A DNA stretch of 64,000 nucleotides, taken from IMG/VR virus record IMGVR_UViG_3300009671_000010, positions 47,473 to 111,472 of that record. One strand, 5' to 3'. A model generated the notes under the pieces. It made no database searches and had not been told where the DNA came from. It saw nothing but the letters and a program-made list of their open reading frames with translations. Both the position numbers and the translations under genes were made by a program. Source of the DNA: a virus (Duplodnaviria > Caudoviricetes). Of this stretch, positions 1 through 11,160 are shown one piece after another (position 1 is the stretch's first letter; each line of letters starts with the position of its first letter).

Positions 1-3000
1 AATGATAATTATGCTTATATAGAAGAACTTGCTAAATTTATATGTAGGTTACAGATTGAAAATGATAATATAATTGTAGTTGATTATTATAATGAAGATA
101 ATACTCTTATAACTGATTTAGAAGATATGATAAAATGTTCTTTTATGTTTTCTAAGTATATGGTTATGCTTAATGATGAAACTGGATATTTATCCACTGT
201 AAAAGATAATAGTGTTACTTTGGGTAAAAAAAAGCTTTTAGCTGATCTTAAAAAGAATGGTGTATATAGTATCATTAATGGTTCTTTAAGTAGTGTACTT
301 AATAACTTTTTTTCTAAAAATGATATATTCTATAAAGAATTAAAGACAGTTTTATTTAATGTTGATAAATTACATAAAAAAGAATATCTATTATTTAATA
401 ATTTATTAGCAGACAAAAAAAAAATATTTGAAAGTAATAATGTTAAATTTACCGATGTTTTGTTTGCAGTAATTGGTCCAAATAGATTATTTACTATTTC
501 CAGTATTGTTAATAAAAGTGTTGGTACTGTAAGTAAAAATATATTACATAATCAGTTAAACAAAATCCTTATTAGTACTACAAATAGATTTAAAGGATTA
601 ATTGATTCATATAAAAAAGAAGTAACTATTTCACTTGCACATTCTATTATAAAAGATCCTGCTATGATTAATAACTTAGTTAAGTATAAATTCTTACCAG
701 AATCTGTAAAAAAAACAAATACTTATTCTAACTGTTATCCAGATTTTGATATTCCTAATTTTTCAATAGATAATAAATTTACAGTATTATCACCTGATTT
801 TTATTTATATAAACCTTCCGTATATAGTAAAGATATATATGAATATTTAAATACATCACTCGATACAATTTCAAGAGTAGATAATCTTTCTCAAATGATA
901 AATTTTAGTGACTATGAAAGTTATATTAATAAATATGAAGATATACGCTCTAAGATTGATTTTGATTCTACTAAGTTAGATAAGATTGATAAAATATTAC
1001 AATATAAAACAAATATAACAGATTCACTTGATTATGTTAGAAAACAATATTTTAATTTAATTCTAGAAGATAAGACAGAGATATCTAAAGATGATAGTGA
1101 TAAGATAGTCGCAATTTTGGATACACTTGATAATGATGTAAGATTTAAAAATAATCCTGATCAAGTAGCTGCTATAAAGTCTTATTATGGTATGGTTTTA
1201 AGAATAAGAGGAACATCGCAACATATTAATACTGATGAATTTAAAATTGATATGATAAAAGCCGCAAGAATGGGTCTGATAGTTGAAATACTAGAAATAT
1301 ATGTAGCAATTAATGAATTCTTAGGTGCTATTGTTAAAAACAGATCAGATGATTATATTAATAGTGTTGTTAAAACAGCAGCAACAAATGTTTCATTAAA
1401 ATCAATTTTTGATAAATTTTTTTCAAGTTCAAATAACATTGCTGATACAAATAAAATTCTTGTTACATCCTTAACTGATATTCAATTTAAAGTTAAGAAG
1501 ATATTAGAAAATCCAGAAACCAATGTTTTACCTGATAAAATTAATATTAATTTTCAAAAAGGTTTACCATATAATCCAGATGATAAAAAATATACAGTTC
1601 TTCCAGAATTACAAGTATTAGAAACTAATTTATATAATAAAATAGGTTCATTGATAAGAATGAATTTATTTATTGATGATGTTAAATCTAATGTTGCTAA
1701 GAAAGTTAATGTATCAGATTATGTACCAGAATATGCTGCACTTGATTATTGGAATGTTCAACAAAAAGAATCTAATAAAGAAAGAGTTGATTTACTACAA
1801 CAACTACAGAATGCAACATCACATCATAATAATGGATTTCTTAAAATGTATCCAACCTTTAAAATATATTTTGTTGAAGAAAATAAAGGGCTTACATTTG
1901 AATTTAGTAACTATTTTTCTTACAATGCTGTACAATCTATAGAAATAATTAAACAGAAATCATCTGCAAGTAATACAGCAGTAATAAGACTGAGTAACAT
2001 TGCTGGAAATTTAAGTGATAGATTTAGTTTTATGAGAGAACAAGTTGATACATTTGCTGCAGTAAATCCTAATGTTAATAATATTAAATTTCTCGGTACT
2101 CTTAATATCAAACCAGGTACCCAGATGATAGTTAAACAAGGTTATGCTTCAGATGAAAAAAATCTTAAAACTGTATTTATTGGGAAAATAATTGAAATGA
2201 ATCCTGGTCCTGATATTGAAATTATATGTCAAAGTTATGGTGCACAGTTATCATATGAAATTCCAAGAATGAAATTTAATATGTTTTCCAGAGAAAAAGC
2301 ATATGGTGAGATAGTTAGTGCTATTTTGGATAAAATTCCAGACTTGAATAAAATGGGTAAATTTGATTTATTTAATCAAGGATTACAAACTTTTTCTGGA
2401 ATAAATCTTAGAAATTATAAAAGTAATTTTTATGAAAGATTTATGTTATCGAATTTATTTGGTAAAGTGAGTGCATTGGAATTTGCTAAGGATAATCCAC
2501 GAGATGAGAATATATATCTTCCATATAATTTATTAATCAATTCATTATATCATCCTACATTTGACTGGATAATATATAATCAGTCTATTTGGGAAGCTAT
2601 ACAAGAAATATGTTTATATAATGATAACGCTACCCCAATGGTAAAAATATTTAATGATGATTTTATGAGTAATAAGAATCAGATAAGAGAAACACTGGTA
2701 ATAGGCGATAAATCAGGATATTATAAATATACAGATTCATTTGCATTAAGTTCACTGGATTATAAAAAAATTGATGAAGTGATTAAAGAATCTAGTACCA
2801 TTATAAGTACAATTTTATCTTTTAAAATAGATGCATTCAATAAAGAAGAGACACAAAGACGTGGTTTTTTTATATCAAATACAGGTAATAGATATAAACT
2901 TAATAGTAATCTTATTAATGTGTATTCATTTTTCCAAAATGAATTGAATGTAAAAGTTATGATAAAATATTTAATGAGTAAAATTGAATTTACTACTAAA

Positions 3001-4425
3001 GTTGACATAAGTGATATAATGGAAGTTATTACTGGTTCATCTTCTCTTTTTACCAAAAAAGATTCTAATACAGAATTACTTAGTAGTATTTGTAAGTTTT
3101 ATTCACTCGGACCAATCACTGATGATATCAGAGAATATTATTTTGATTCAGCTAGGGCAAATGATATGAATCGAATTGAATATTTTAATGATATTATAAA
3201 GTATATACAAAAAAGTAATCTTGATTTTAATCTAAATAAAGAAATGTTATATGATGTAAATACTGTATTATCTAATAAGGATGATAACCTAGCTTCTAAC
3301 TTACAGTATAAAAAGATACAACAACATCATCTTATTACTGATACTAGGGATATTATTTCGAATAATATTATCTTAAATTCTTCTTTTGCAAATTCAGTTA
3401 ACTTATATTATTTTGATGAACCAAAATTTCAACATGCTAGTATGGAATTGATAACTGAAAAAGATATTAATAATTTAAAGATTTTTCCTATTAAAGCATT
3501 CGGTGATATACAGGATAGTGGACTTAGACCATTAAATTCTTTTCAAAAAAATATAGATACAAACTGGTTTGATGTAAAAAATAAATCAGATCTTTTCTAT
3601 AATAAATATAAACGTATATATAATAATCATGATGATTTAAAGAAATATTTATCTAAAAATGATACTGATTCTCCATCATGGGATTTTTTCCCATCTTTTG
3701 TAATTACTGCTGTTAATTTATTAAAGCAAGAAGTTTCTAAGATGTATCAAGGAACTATTGATATAATAGGTAATCCAGAGATAGAACCATATGACATAGT
3801 ACATATTTCTGATTATACCAATGATATACATGGAGCTGTAGAAGTTGAAGAAGTAATACATACATTTACTCCAGATAGAGGATTTATCACAACTATTACT
3901 CCTAATTTAATAACATATGATAGAGATCCAATACAATTACAAGATATTGAAGTTATTAATAATGTATTAAATGTTGCTAATGATAGAGCAAGAGCTGAAA
4001 CTTTAATAAGTTTTGGAACAAATATGGTTGGTGCTTCAACAGGATTTTTGCTTAGTGGTATTGGTGGAATTGTAACAAGTACACTTGCTACTGGTAATTT
4101 CTTATATAATGGAATATATAATGTTATTATGAAAAAACAAAAATTTCTATATGATCAAATGGCTCAAATACTTGGACGAGATTGTATTAATTTTACAACA
4201 CTTATATATCATGGACTTCCATATATTACTGGTTTTGATGGAGTTGATTATGAAAATCTAAAAACTATTATTAGGCATAATGTAGCTGGTATTAAAAATC
4301 CAGTAACAAGACTGGCTGCATTTTGGGACCCATATGAAGCTGGTTTAATAAGAGGTGTTGATGATTTTAAAGCTATCAATGCATTAACTCCATCATTTTT
4401 ACGATTTTTACCAAATAGGAAATAA
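1..4425 (+). CDS. Large baseplate hub-like virion protein, 5'-truncated by window edge
   Basis: Frame is open from base 1 (no stop before the ATG at 127). C-terminal YQGTIDIIGNPEIEPYDIVHISD...VEEVIHTF..GFITTI resembles gp27/gpD/VgrG-type hub domains. Lies directly upstream of spike-, gp25- and J-like genes. Confidence 0.6.
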   Translation, partial: NDNYAYIEELAKFICRLQIENDNIIVVDYYNEDNTLITDLEDMIKCSFMFSKYMVMLNDETGYLSTVKDNSVTLGKKKLLADLKKNGVYSIINGSLSSVLNNFFSKNDIFYKELKTVLFNVDKLHKKEYLLFNNLLADKKKIFESNNVKFTDVLFAVIGPNRLFTISSIVNKSVGTVSKNILHNQLNKILISTTNRFKGLIDSYKKEVTISLAHSIIKDPAMINNLVKYKFLPESVKKTNTYSNCYPDFDIPNFSIDNKFTVLSPDFYLYKPSVYSKDIYEYLNTSLDTISRVDNLSQMINFSDYESYINKYEDIRSKIDFDSTKLDKIDKILQYKTNITDSLDYVRKQYFNLILEDKTEISKDDSDKIVAILDTLDNDVRFKNNPDQVAAIKSYYGMVLRIRGTSQHINTDEFKIDMIKAARMGLIVEILEIYVAINEFLGAIVKNRSDDYINSVVKTAATNVSLKSIFDKFFSSSNNIADTNKILVTSLTDIQFKVKKILENPETNVLPDKININFQKGLPYNPDDKKYTVLPELQVLETNLYNKIGSLIRMNLFIDDVKSNVAKKVNVSDYVPEYAALDYWNVQQKESNKERVDLLQQLQNATSHHNNGFLKMYPTFKIYFVEENKGLTFEFSNYFSYNAVQSIEIIKQKSSASNTAVIRLSNIAGNLSDRFSFMREQVDTFAAVNPNVNNIKFLGTLNIKPGTQMIVKQGYASDEKNLKTVFIGKIIEMNPGPDIEIICQSYGAQLSYEIPRMKFNMFSREKAYGEIVSAILDKIPDLNKMGKFDLFNQGLQTFSGINLRNYKSNFYERFMLSNLFGKVSALEFAKDNPRDENIYLPYNLLINSLYHPTFDWIIYNQSIWEAIQEICLYNDNATPMVKIFNDDFMSNKNQIRETLVIGDKSGYYKYTDSFALSSLDYKKIDEVIKESSTIISTILSFKIDAFNKEETQRRGFFISNTGNRYKLNSNLINVYSFFQNELNVKVMIKYLMSKIEFTTKVDISDIMEVITGSSSLFTKKDSNTELLSSICKFYSLGPITDDIREYYFDSARANDMNRIEYFNDIIKYIQKSNLDFNLNKEMLYDVNTVLSNKDDNLASNLQYKKIQQHHLITDTRDIISNNIILNSSFANSVNLYYFDEPKFQHASMELITEKDINNLKIFPIKAFGDIQDSGLRPLNSFQKNIDTNWFDVKNKSDLFYNKYKRIYNNHDDLKKYLSKNDTDSPSWDFFPSFVITAVNLLKQEVSKMYQGTIDIIGNPEIEPYDIVHISDYTNDIHGAVEVEEVIHTFTPDRGFITTITPNLITYDRDPIQLQDIEVINNVLNVANDRARAETLISFGTNMVGASTGFLLSGIGGIVTSTLATGNFLYNGIYNVIMKKQKFLYDQMAQILGRDCINFTTLIYHGLPYITGFDGVDYENLKTIIRHNVAGIKNPVTRLAAFWDPYEAGLIRGVDDFKAINALTPSFLRFLPNRK

Positions 4426-4426
4426 T

Positions 4427-5200
4427 ATGAATAATATGATTTTAGAACAAAATTCACTACAGTTTTATTTAGGAGAATTAGCTGAGACTAATTACTATAA
4501 TGAGCAACAACACTTGGTTAGAGTTAAATTTAAAAATAGCTATTATGATATGCATTTATTTGGGTATACAGTAGAAGTTCCAGATCCTAAGTATCATCTT
4601 GTTATGTTTTTAGCTCCAGAAAGAAGTATTTCTACTTCATCCATAGATGGCGATGCTTTAAATAATCCTCCAGGAATAGTTAATAATAAGGTTGTTGATG
4701 TACAATTTTGTGTTGCTTTTCTGATTAATAGAACACAAAAACTGTCTACCACAAATGCTCAAACTGGTACAGCTAGTTTTGCTATTTCAAATACTAACTT
4801 TTATGATTCTAATAATGTCCGTGTGGCTATTACTGCTCCAACTTCTAATGACTATACTAGGGTTAATGATGATTCTGGAGTAGATTCTAATAGAAATCAA
4901 AGTATAGGATTATTTTTAAATGATGACAGTGTATTAATTAAATCACGAGGTTCATCGATTACACTTGGTGATGATGGTATACATATTGGTGGTAATGTTT
5001 CTTGGGAACAAACTTCACATGGTAAAGGCGTAATGGCTAGGAACCAATTTGCAGAAATAATTCCATCAAGCATTCCTACTGCTATTATATCTACACCCAA
5101 TATACCAAATGTAACTCAATTTCTTATGTTTGCTGAAGCTGGTCAAAGAGTTATGTCTGTAATAAATAAAGCTGGAAAAGTACTGGAGATATTAAAATAA
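4427..5200 (+). CDS. Putative baseplate spike (gpV/gp5-like)
   Basis: Located between hub and gp25-like genes. N-terminal VRVKF OB-like strand and beta-repeat-like LFLNDDSVLIKSRGSSITLGDDGIHIGGNV. Confidence 0.45.
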   Translation: MNNMILEQNSLQFYLGELAETNYYNEQQHLVRVKFKNSYYDMHLFGYTVEVPDPKYHLVMFLAPERSISTSSIDGDALNNPPGIVNNKVVDVQFCVAFLINRTQKLSTTNAQTGTASFAISNTNFYDSNNVRVAITAPTSNDYTRVNDDSGVDSNRNQSIGLFLNDDSVLIKSRGSSITLGDDGIHIGGNVSWEQTSHGKGVMARNQFAEIIPSSIPTAIISTPNIPNVTQFLMFAEAGQRVMSVINKAGKVLEILK

Positions 5201-5709
5201 TGGAACCTTTTAGTGAAATGTTTGATATAACTCTATCGTATGATACGGATATTTTATTTAGTTCTGGAGATTTGGATATTACAAATGGAGTTGATTATAT
5301 TGAACGTGAGATATATAAAATATTAGTTACATTTGTTGGTGAATGGAAATTAAATCCAACAATTGGTTGTGGTTTGAAAGAATTTGTTGGACAAGAAAAT
5401 TCTAGGAATACAGCACAGAAAATTGAAAAAAGAATTCAAGATAGTCTTATATTAACAGTTTATCCAGCACAAGTTAATGTCAGAGTAGTACCAAGTAATT
5501 ATAATACTATTTTTTGTTTTATAGATGTCATTGGACCAAATATAAACATTACCAGTATTCCATTTGAATTTACTTTTACAACTGGTACTATTAAAATACA
5601 TAGAGCAGATAAAAATGTACAAAACATATCTGATACTAATTTGGATATTAATGATATCACAAATATGAGAAAACCTAATAAATATCAAAATAGTTTTAGG
5701 AAAGTTTAG
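5200..5709 (+). CDS. Baseplate wedge protein, gp25/gpW-like
   Basis: GDLDITNG...ILVTFVGEWKLNPTIGCGLKEFVG motif typical of gp25-like proteins; directly upstream of baseplate J. Confidence 0.75.
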   Translation: MEPFSEMFDITLSYDTDILFSSGDLDITNGVDYIEREIYKILVTFVGEWKLNPTIGCGLKEFVGQENSRNTAQKIEKRIQDSLILTVYPAQVNVRVVPSNYNTIFCFIDVIGPNINITSIPFEFTFTTGTIKIHRADKNVQNISDTNLDINDITNMRKPNKYQNSFRKV

Positions 5710-5717
5710 GAGTTAAT

Positions 5718-6974
5718 ATGCCAATCAGTAGAACATATCTGGAAGTATATCGAGATGGTCAACGTAGACTTAGAAATAATACACCAGTAACTAATTTTAA
5801 TCAACAAAGTTTATCAAAAGCATTCTTAGATATCATGTCTGTTGAAGTTGAAAAGATATATAGTGACATAGATTTTATATACAGTTCATTAGATCCAACT
5901 AGAGCATCTGGTTCTGATTTGGATAAACTTGGACTTCTTGTTGGAGTTAAACGTAATGAAGCTACAGTCGCTGTCGATGAGACTGATACAAACTTCTACT
6001 TTTACATAGATCTGAAAGTTGATTGGAATATACAAAAACTAATTTATAGTTTATACTCTGAACAAGAAATAGATCTTCTCGAATCAAATGGTTATGTTGT
6101 TAAAACTAATGGGTATGTCAGTAGACTTATCCTACCTAGAGGAATAGTTATTAGTAATTATGATAATACAATTACATATACGACTATTGATGAGATTACC
6201 TTTGATGCAGATGATACAAGCAAATATGTAGGAATTATAGCAACAGGTACTGGACCCGAGTATAATGTCATTAGTAATATTTTAATTAATCATAATATTT
6301 CTACTATACCAGAATTAATTAAACTTGCATCTATGATTAAATGTACAAATACTTTTCCTATACAAAATGGTTCATATTCTATGACTGATGATGAATATAG
6401 ATATAATATAAGCATAGCAAAATCAGCACTTAATTCTAATGAGCTTTCTATTAGAAAATCAGCATTAGAAATTCCAGGAATTAGAGATATATTATTTGAA
6501 AAAAATAAATTTGGTAATGGTACTATTAATATAATAGTTGATGGTGTATCTCCACTCATTTCAGATGGATTGTTGCTTGCTGTTAAAGAAAATGTACAAA
6601 AAAATATGGCATTCGGTGATGTATTATTTGTTTCATCACCTGAATATATTGGAATAGAATTGAATTTCAATATAGAATTAGAACTCGGTATAACAGATTC
6701 ATTATCAATTAGAAATCAAGCTAGAAATACAGTTATACAATATATTAATAATTTAACTATTGGTGGTGAAATAATTTGGAATCAATTGGTTGCTAATGTA
6801 TTAGAAATTGATGGAATTAAAGATTTTATTCCAGTTTATTTTAAATGTGGAAAATATGATCCTGTTAATAAAATTAATAAAGAACAAATTATACTTCGAT
6901 TTGTTAATCAAACAGCTAAATATAATGAAAAATTTTATTGTGATGCTGGCATGATAACTACCTGCATAGCATAA
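5718..6974 (+). CDS. Baseplate J/gp47-like wedge protein
   Basis: ASGSDLDKLGLLVGVKR, ATGTGPEYN, TDDEYR, IPGI and YINNLTIGGEI motifs; SD AGGAG upstream. Confidence 0.85.
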   Translation: MPISRTYLEVYRDGQRRLRNNTPVTNFNQQSLSKAFLDIMSVEVEKIYSDIDFIYSSLDPTRASGSDLDKLGLLVGVKRNEATVAVDETDTNFYFYIDLKVDWNIQKLIYSLYSEQEIDLLESNGYVVKTNGYVSRLILPRGIVISNYDNTITYTTIDEITFDADDTSKYVGIIATGTGPEYNVISNILINHNISTIPELIKLASMIKCTNTFPIQNGSYSMTDDEYRYNISIAKSALNSNELSIRKSALEIPGIRDILFEKNKFGNGTINIIVDGVSPLISDGLLLAVKENVQKNMAFGDVLFVSSPEYIGIELNFNIELELGITDSLSIRNQARNTVIQYINNLTIGGEIIWNQLVANVLEIDGIKDFIPVYFKCGKYDPVNKINKEQIILRFVNQTAKYNEKFYCDAGMITTCIA

Positions 6975-6983
6975 TGAGGATTA

Positions 6984-9122
6984 ATGAAAACACAACGTGC
7001 AATACAGTCTAAGAATACATCAAGAATATTAAAAGCTGTCTTACCTGAATCCTTCAGAATAGTTAATGATAAATCATCTAATGGATATAAATTTATTAAT
7101 TTATTATATGGAGTAGAAGTTGATGAAGTAAGAGAAAGACTTAAAGATTTATATAATAATACATCACTTGAATTTATGGAGTATGATGATAATATTATAT
7201 ATGAATCATATTTATCTGGTATTCCTCACAGTGGAGTTCTTAATGCAGGTATATCAGGTATTCCAATATATATTGTAGACTATGATGAATTTCATAATGG
7301 AGATCCTACACGACTAAAACATATTGAAAATATTTCTATATCGGGAATCAGTTTTGTTAATGGACTTGAATATTTTAGAGATAATAATAGGTTATCTGGA
7401 TATTATTTAATAAATTCAGATATAGATCAACTATCTGGATATATTGATAATATTTTTCCTAATAATAAAGTAATTCTTACGAGTACTGGTATAATTGCCA
7501 GTGGATTTTATGATGGCATTAAAGACCATAATTTTAATACAAAAGGATATTATGAATTACTAGAACCAATGGATTATAATTCTTTATTATCTAAATATCC
7601 ATTATATAGAAAAATATTAGATGATAATGAAAATGAAGTATTTATAGATCACTATGAGCCTTATTATGGATGGATATATGATCATAATAATAACATAGTG
7701 GCTGATACATCTAGTTATAATGGAGATTATTATTTTGATGAGAATGGTAATAAAATCTATTATAGAACAGCGTATAATAATCCTTATGGTTATAATAATT
7801 ATAGTTCTGTATATATTGATCTAGAATACATTCCTATTTCTGGAACATTACATGTATTTGATGTTGATTTACTTGATGCAGATGGCAATGCAATTGAAAT
7901 ACCAATGTCTGGAATTGATCTATATTATAAAAAATCTGATAATACATTTAATCCAATTTATACTGGGTATGATGAATATGTTCCAGATGATATACAGTTT
8001 GGAAGTATTGCTGGTTTAAAAGCTGATAAAATATCTACAATTACATGGGACTATGTAACAGAAGGTAGTGGAAAAGATGATGTTACATTATCCTGGATTA
8101 ATTCTTCAGGTAATATTACTAATAAAATAAGAATCAATAACCCATCGAGTAGATATATAGTTGAATATAAATATAAAACATATGATAAATCTAGTTATAT
8201 ATCATCATTAAGTACCTCCAAATTTATTAGACTTGATTCATCAAATTCTATTTTTTCTATTAATAATAATGAATATAAAGAAATAGATTTTAAATTTACA
8301 AATGATCCAAATCTTAATGAATCCATTTCTGGATTGTATAGATCTACCATATTGACAATGGATGGGTTTAATGTTAGACCTAATTCAAGAATTAGTAAAA
8401 TTGATTTTAATATTCCTGTTGAAATTAAAACCGATATTCTAACATCATATAATCTTATACAACCAGAGTATTTACATATTGGATATTCTAATGAGTTTAT
8501 TCCGAGTATGTTATCTAAGAGAGAATATTTATATAAGACTTACTTTGATTCTATAATTGATATTAATAATGATACTGAAAATGATTTATATAACAAATAT
8601 ACAATGAAATTTATTTCTGATGATATATCAATAATAAATAGAATTCCTTATAATGGTAGGTTTTGTAAAAATATTCTTAATTTTAATATGAATTCCGAAT
8701 ATAGTATATCTCAATGTGATTTTATTAAAAATAACATATTTTTTAGAATATCTCTTAAGAAAGATTTTATTGAAGATTTTACACTATTAGAAGTATCGGA
8801 TGCTACTAATGATATGTATTTTAAAGTTGATGTATTGAGCAATGGTGATATTAAACTTCATTCAAATATTGAATCTGATATAATGTGTACTAATTATATT
8901 TTTAAAAATGCATTTGTATATAACAAAGATAATGATATCATTATTAGATATAATAATGGATCGTATGATATATATTCTAAAAATCATTTTACATACTTTA
9001 AACAAAATGAATATTATAGTGAGTATGTTACATTATTTACTGTAGATGATAGTTTTGTTAAATTAGCTAAAAATTGTTCACTTGAACTCTTTAATTTTGA
9101 AATTTATTATGAGGATCTGTAA
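6984..9122 (+). CDS. Putative virion/baseplate protein (SG-rich)
   Basis: 712-aa ORF with GAGG SD inside the structural operon. Confidence 0.55.
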   Translation: MKTQRAIQSKNTSRILKAVLPESFRIVNDKSSNGYKFINLLYGVEVDEVRERLKDLYNNTSLEFMEYDDNIIYESYLSGIPHSGVLNAGISGIPIYIVDYDEFHNGDPTRLKHIENISISGISFVNGLEYFRDNNRLSGYYLINSDIDQLSGYIDNIFPNNKVILTSTGIIASGFYDGIKDHNFNTKGYYELLEPMDYNSLLSKYPLYRKILDDNENEVFIDHYEPYYGWIYDHNNNIVADTSSYNGDYYFDENGNKIYYRTAYNNPYGYNNYSSVYIDLEYIPISGTLHVFDVDLLDADGNAIEIPMSGIDLYYKKSDNTFNPIYTGYDEYVPDDIQFGSIAGLKADKISTITWDYVTEGSGKDDVTLSWINSSGNITNKIRINNPSSRYIVEYKYKTYDKSSYISSLSTSKFIRLDSSNSIFSINNNEYKEIDFKFTNDPNLNESISGLYRSTILTMDGFNVRPNSRISKIDFNIPVEIKTDILTSYNLIQPEYLHIGYSNEFIPSMLSKREYLYKTYFDSIIDINNDTENDLYNKYTMKFISDDISIINRIPYNGRFCKNILNFNMNSEYSISQCDFIKNNIFFRISLKKDFIEDFTLLEVSDATNDMYFKVDVLSNGDIKLHSNIESDIMCTNYIFKNAFVYNKDNDIIIRYNNGSYDIYSKNHFTYFKQNEYYSEYVTLFTVDDSFVKLAKNCSLELFNFEIYYEDL

Positions 9123-11149
9123 TGAAAATTATTAAATATGTTGATCCAACTGGATCTGGAGATTATCTTGATCTTATTACTGGTATATCTGGAGTTATAA
9201 ATTTAGCTAATGATGCAAATGAATACTCTGATATATATTTATATGTATCAAGAGGAATATATAGTGGATCATTTAATATTAATATACCTTATTCAGGATC
9301 ACTTAGTATCATTGGTAATGATTCTGTATTTTATCCAACTACAACATGTTATATATACGGCAACTATTCTAATAAAGAAAATTTTATTATTAATGGATTT
9401 AATATATATGGAAAATATAATTCAAATACATGTTTTTCTTTATCTTCTGGATTATATTCTACTATTAATAATGCTAAAGTAGTTCATAATAATTTTATTA
9501 ATAATTCAGGTGTACTAAGTATATATGATTCAAAAATCACAGGTAGTGGTTATGGTGTAATAAGTGATGGGAGTGTATATTTTATTAGGTCTAGTATATC
9601 AAATTATAACATAGGAATTACATCAAATGATATCAGTATATATGATTCATTTATAAGTTATTGTGATTCAGGTGTATTTAATATTGGAAATATAAATATA
9701 TTTAATACTGTTATTAATAAATGTCATACAGGTATATATAATATTGGAACTGTAGAATTACATAATACTACATTATATAATACATATGATATTTATTCTG
9801 TAAGTGGAATTGTAAGTTCAGAATCGTCTATTGCTAATATATTTGGTATATCTAATTCTGGATTTTTTAACAATCATAATTTTTATTCAGGCTATCAAGC
9901 TTCAGTATTTAGTTTTACTGATTCTAATAATATTTCTGAACATACTCCTATATATAATTCAATACAGAATGATGACTACAGACTTGTCTTTAATAGTACT
10001 TCTGGATCTTATCTTGTTAATTTCTCTAATAAAATAGATTCTGATATTAATGTTATAAATGATATTGAAAATATTAAATTAATAGAATACTTTGACACAG
10101 TAAATTATAATATTCCTATAGAGCAGTATTCAAATTTTATATATAAAAATGATAGTACTATGATCTTATCTGATTATGGTAAAGAAATTCAGTTCTCAAA
10201 TTTTATACAAAGTAAAGAAATATTATTAAATACTATCTCTATTTTTAAATTTAGCAATTATAATGTTTATACTGATAGTTCTTTTCCAATAGAATTAGAT
10301 AAAATAGCATATACATGGGATTGGGATTTTAAAAATATAGCAACTTATAAAATAGGTAATGATTATAATTTTATAATTCCTCGATCAATAGTTAATGTAA
10401 AAAATATAATTGATGAAAAAATTCCTAATTATAAAATAAGATATGATCTTTTAAATAAAAATTCATATAATGTATACAATCAAATATTTTATACTGGGAT
10501 TTCGTATGATGATAACCTGTCTACTCTTCAAGATAAAATTATCTGGCTAGTTGATGGTAATAATCAAACATTATTAAAGAAGAATATTTATAATGACGAA
10601 ATATATGATTCATATCCTCTTATGATACCAAGTGGTACATATTATGTTAATCCATCAGGATTAATATATGTTGGTAGAGAAAATGAAAAATATAAATATG
10701 TATATGAAGCTGATCCATCGAAATACATATATACAGATAATTATAATGGTAGATTTCAACTACTTCCTACTAATATAAATAATAATATTGATATTAGAGG
10801 AATTAGAAATTATTATGATAAATTACTTATTACTGGTTCAGAATACTCAATGAATATCAATAATAGACTGATTCCTTCATCTGGTAATTGTGTAGGAAAA
10901 ATGTATATGTTAAATAATAATGATGATTTTTTACATTATATATATGAGCCAAATAATAGTTTTATTTTAGAAAATAATATTCCAACTGATTTAACAGTTG
11001 ATGAATTTAATAATATTGTTATATCAGATTATTATGATTCTAATTTATATAAATATAAATTTCTTTATGATTATGCTGTAATTGAATCTAATTATGATCA
11101 AGATATAAAAGTTCTATTAAGAGAATACTATCCTAATATTGAATTGTAA
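9122..11149 (+). CDS. Virion protein with probable N-terminal right-handed beta-helix
   Basis: N-terminal KYVDPTGSGDY..I..(x)n..IYLYVSRGIY resembles pectin-lyase-fold starts and is followed by Asn/Ser/Gly/Ile beta-repeats. Confidence 0.5.
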   Translation: MKIIKYVDPTGSGDYLDLITGISGVINLANDANEYSDIYLYVSRGIYSGSFNINIPYSGSLSIIGNDSVFYPTTTCYIYGNYSNKENFIINGFNIYGKYNSNTCFSLSSGLYSTINNAKVVHNNFINNSGVLSIYDSKITGSGYGVISDGSVYFIRSSISNYNIGITSNDISIYDSFISYCDSGVFNIGNINIFNTVINKCHTGIYNIGTVELHNTTLYNTYDIYSVSGIVSSESSIANIFGISNSGFFNNHNFYSGYQASVFSFTDSNNISEHTPIYNSIQNDDYRLVFNSTSGSYLVNFSNKIDSDINVINDIENIKLIEYFDTVNYNIPIEQYSNFIYKNDSTMILSDYGKEIQFSNFIQSKEILLNTISIFKFSNYNVYTDSSFPIELDKIAYTWDWDFKNIATYKIGNDYNFIIPRSIVNVKNIIDEKIPNYKIRYDLLNKNSYNVYNQIFYTGISYDDNLSTLQDKIIWLVDGNNQTLLKKNIYNDEIYDSYPLMIPSGTYYVNPSGLIYVGRENEKYKYVYEADPSKYIYTDNYNGRFQLLPTNINNNIDIRGIRNYYDKLLITGSEYSMNINNRLIPSSGNCVGKMYMLNNNDDFLHYIYEPNNSFILENNIPTDLTVDEFNNIVISDYYDSNLYKYKFLYDYAVIESNYDQDIKVLLREYYPNIEL

Positions 11150-11160
11150 ATGGAGGTAAT

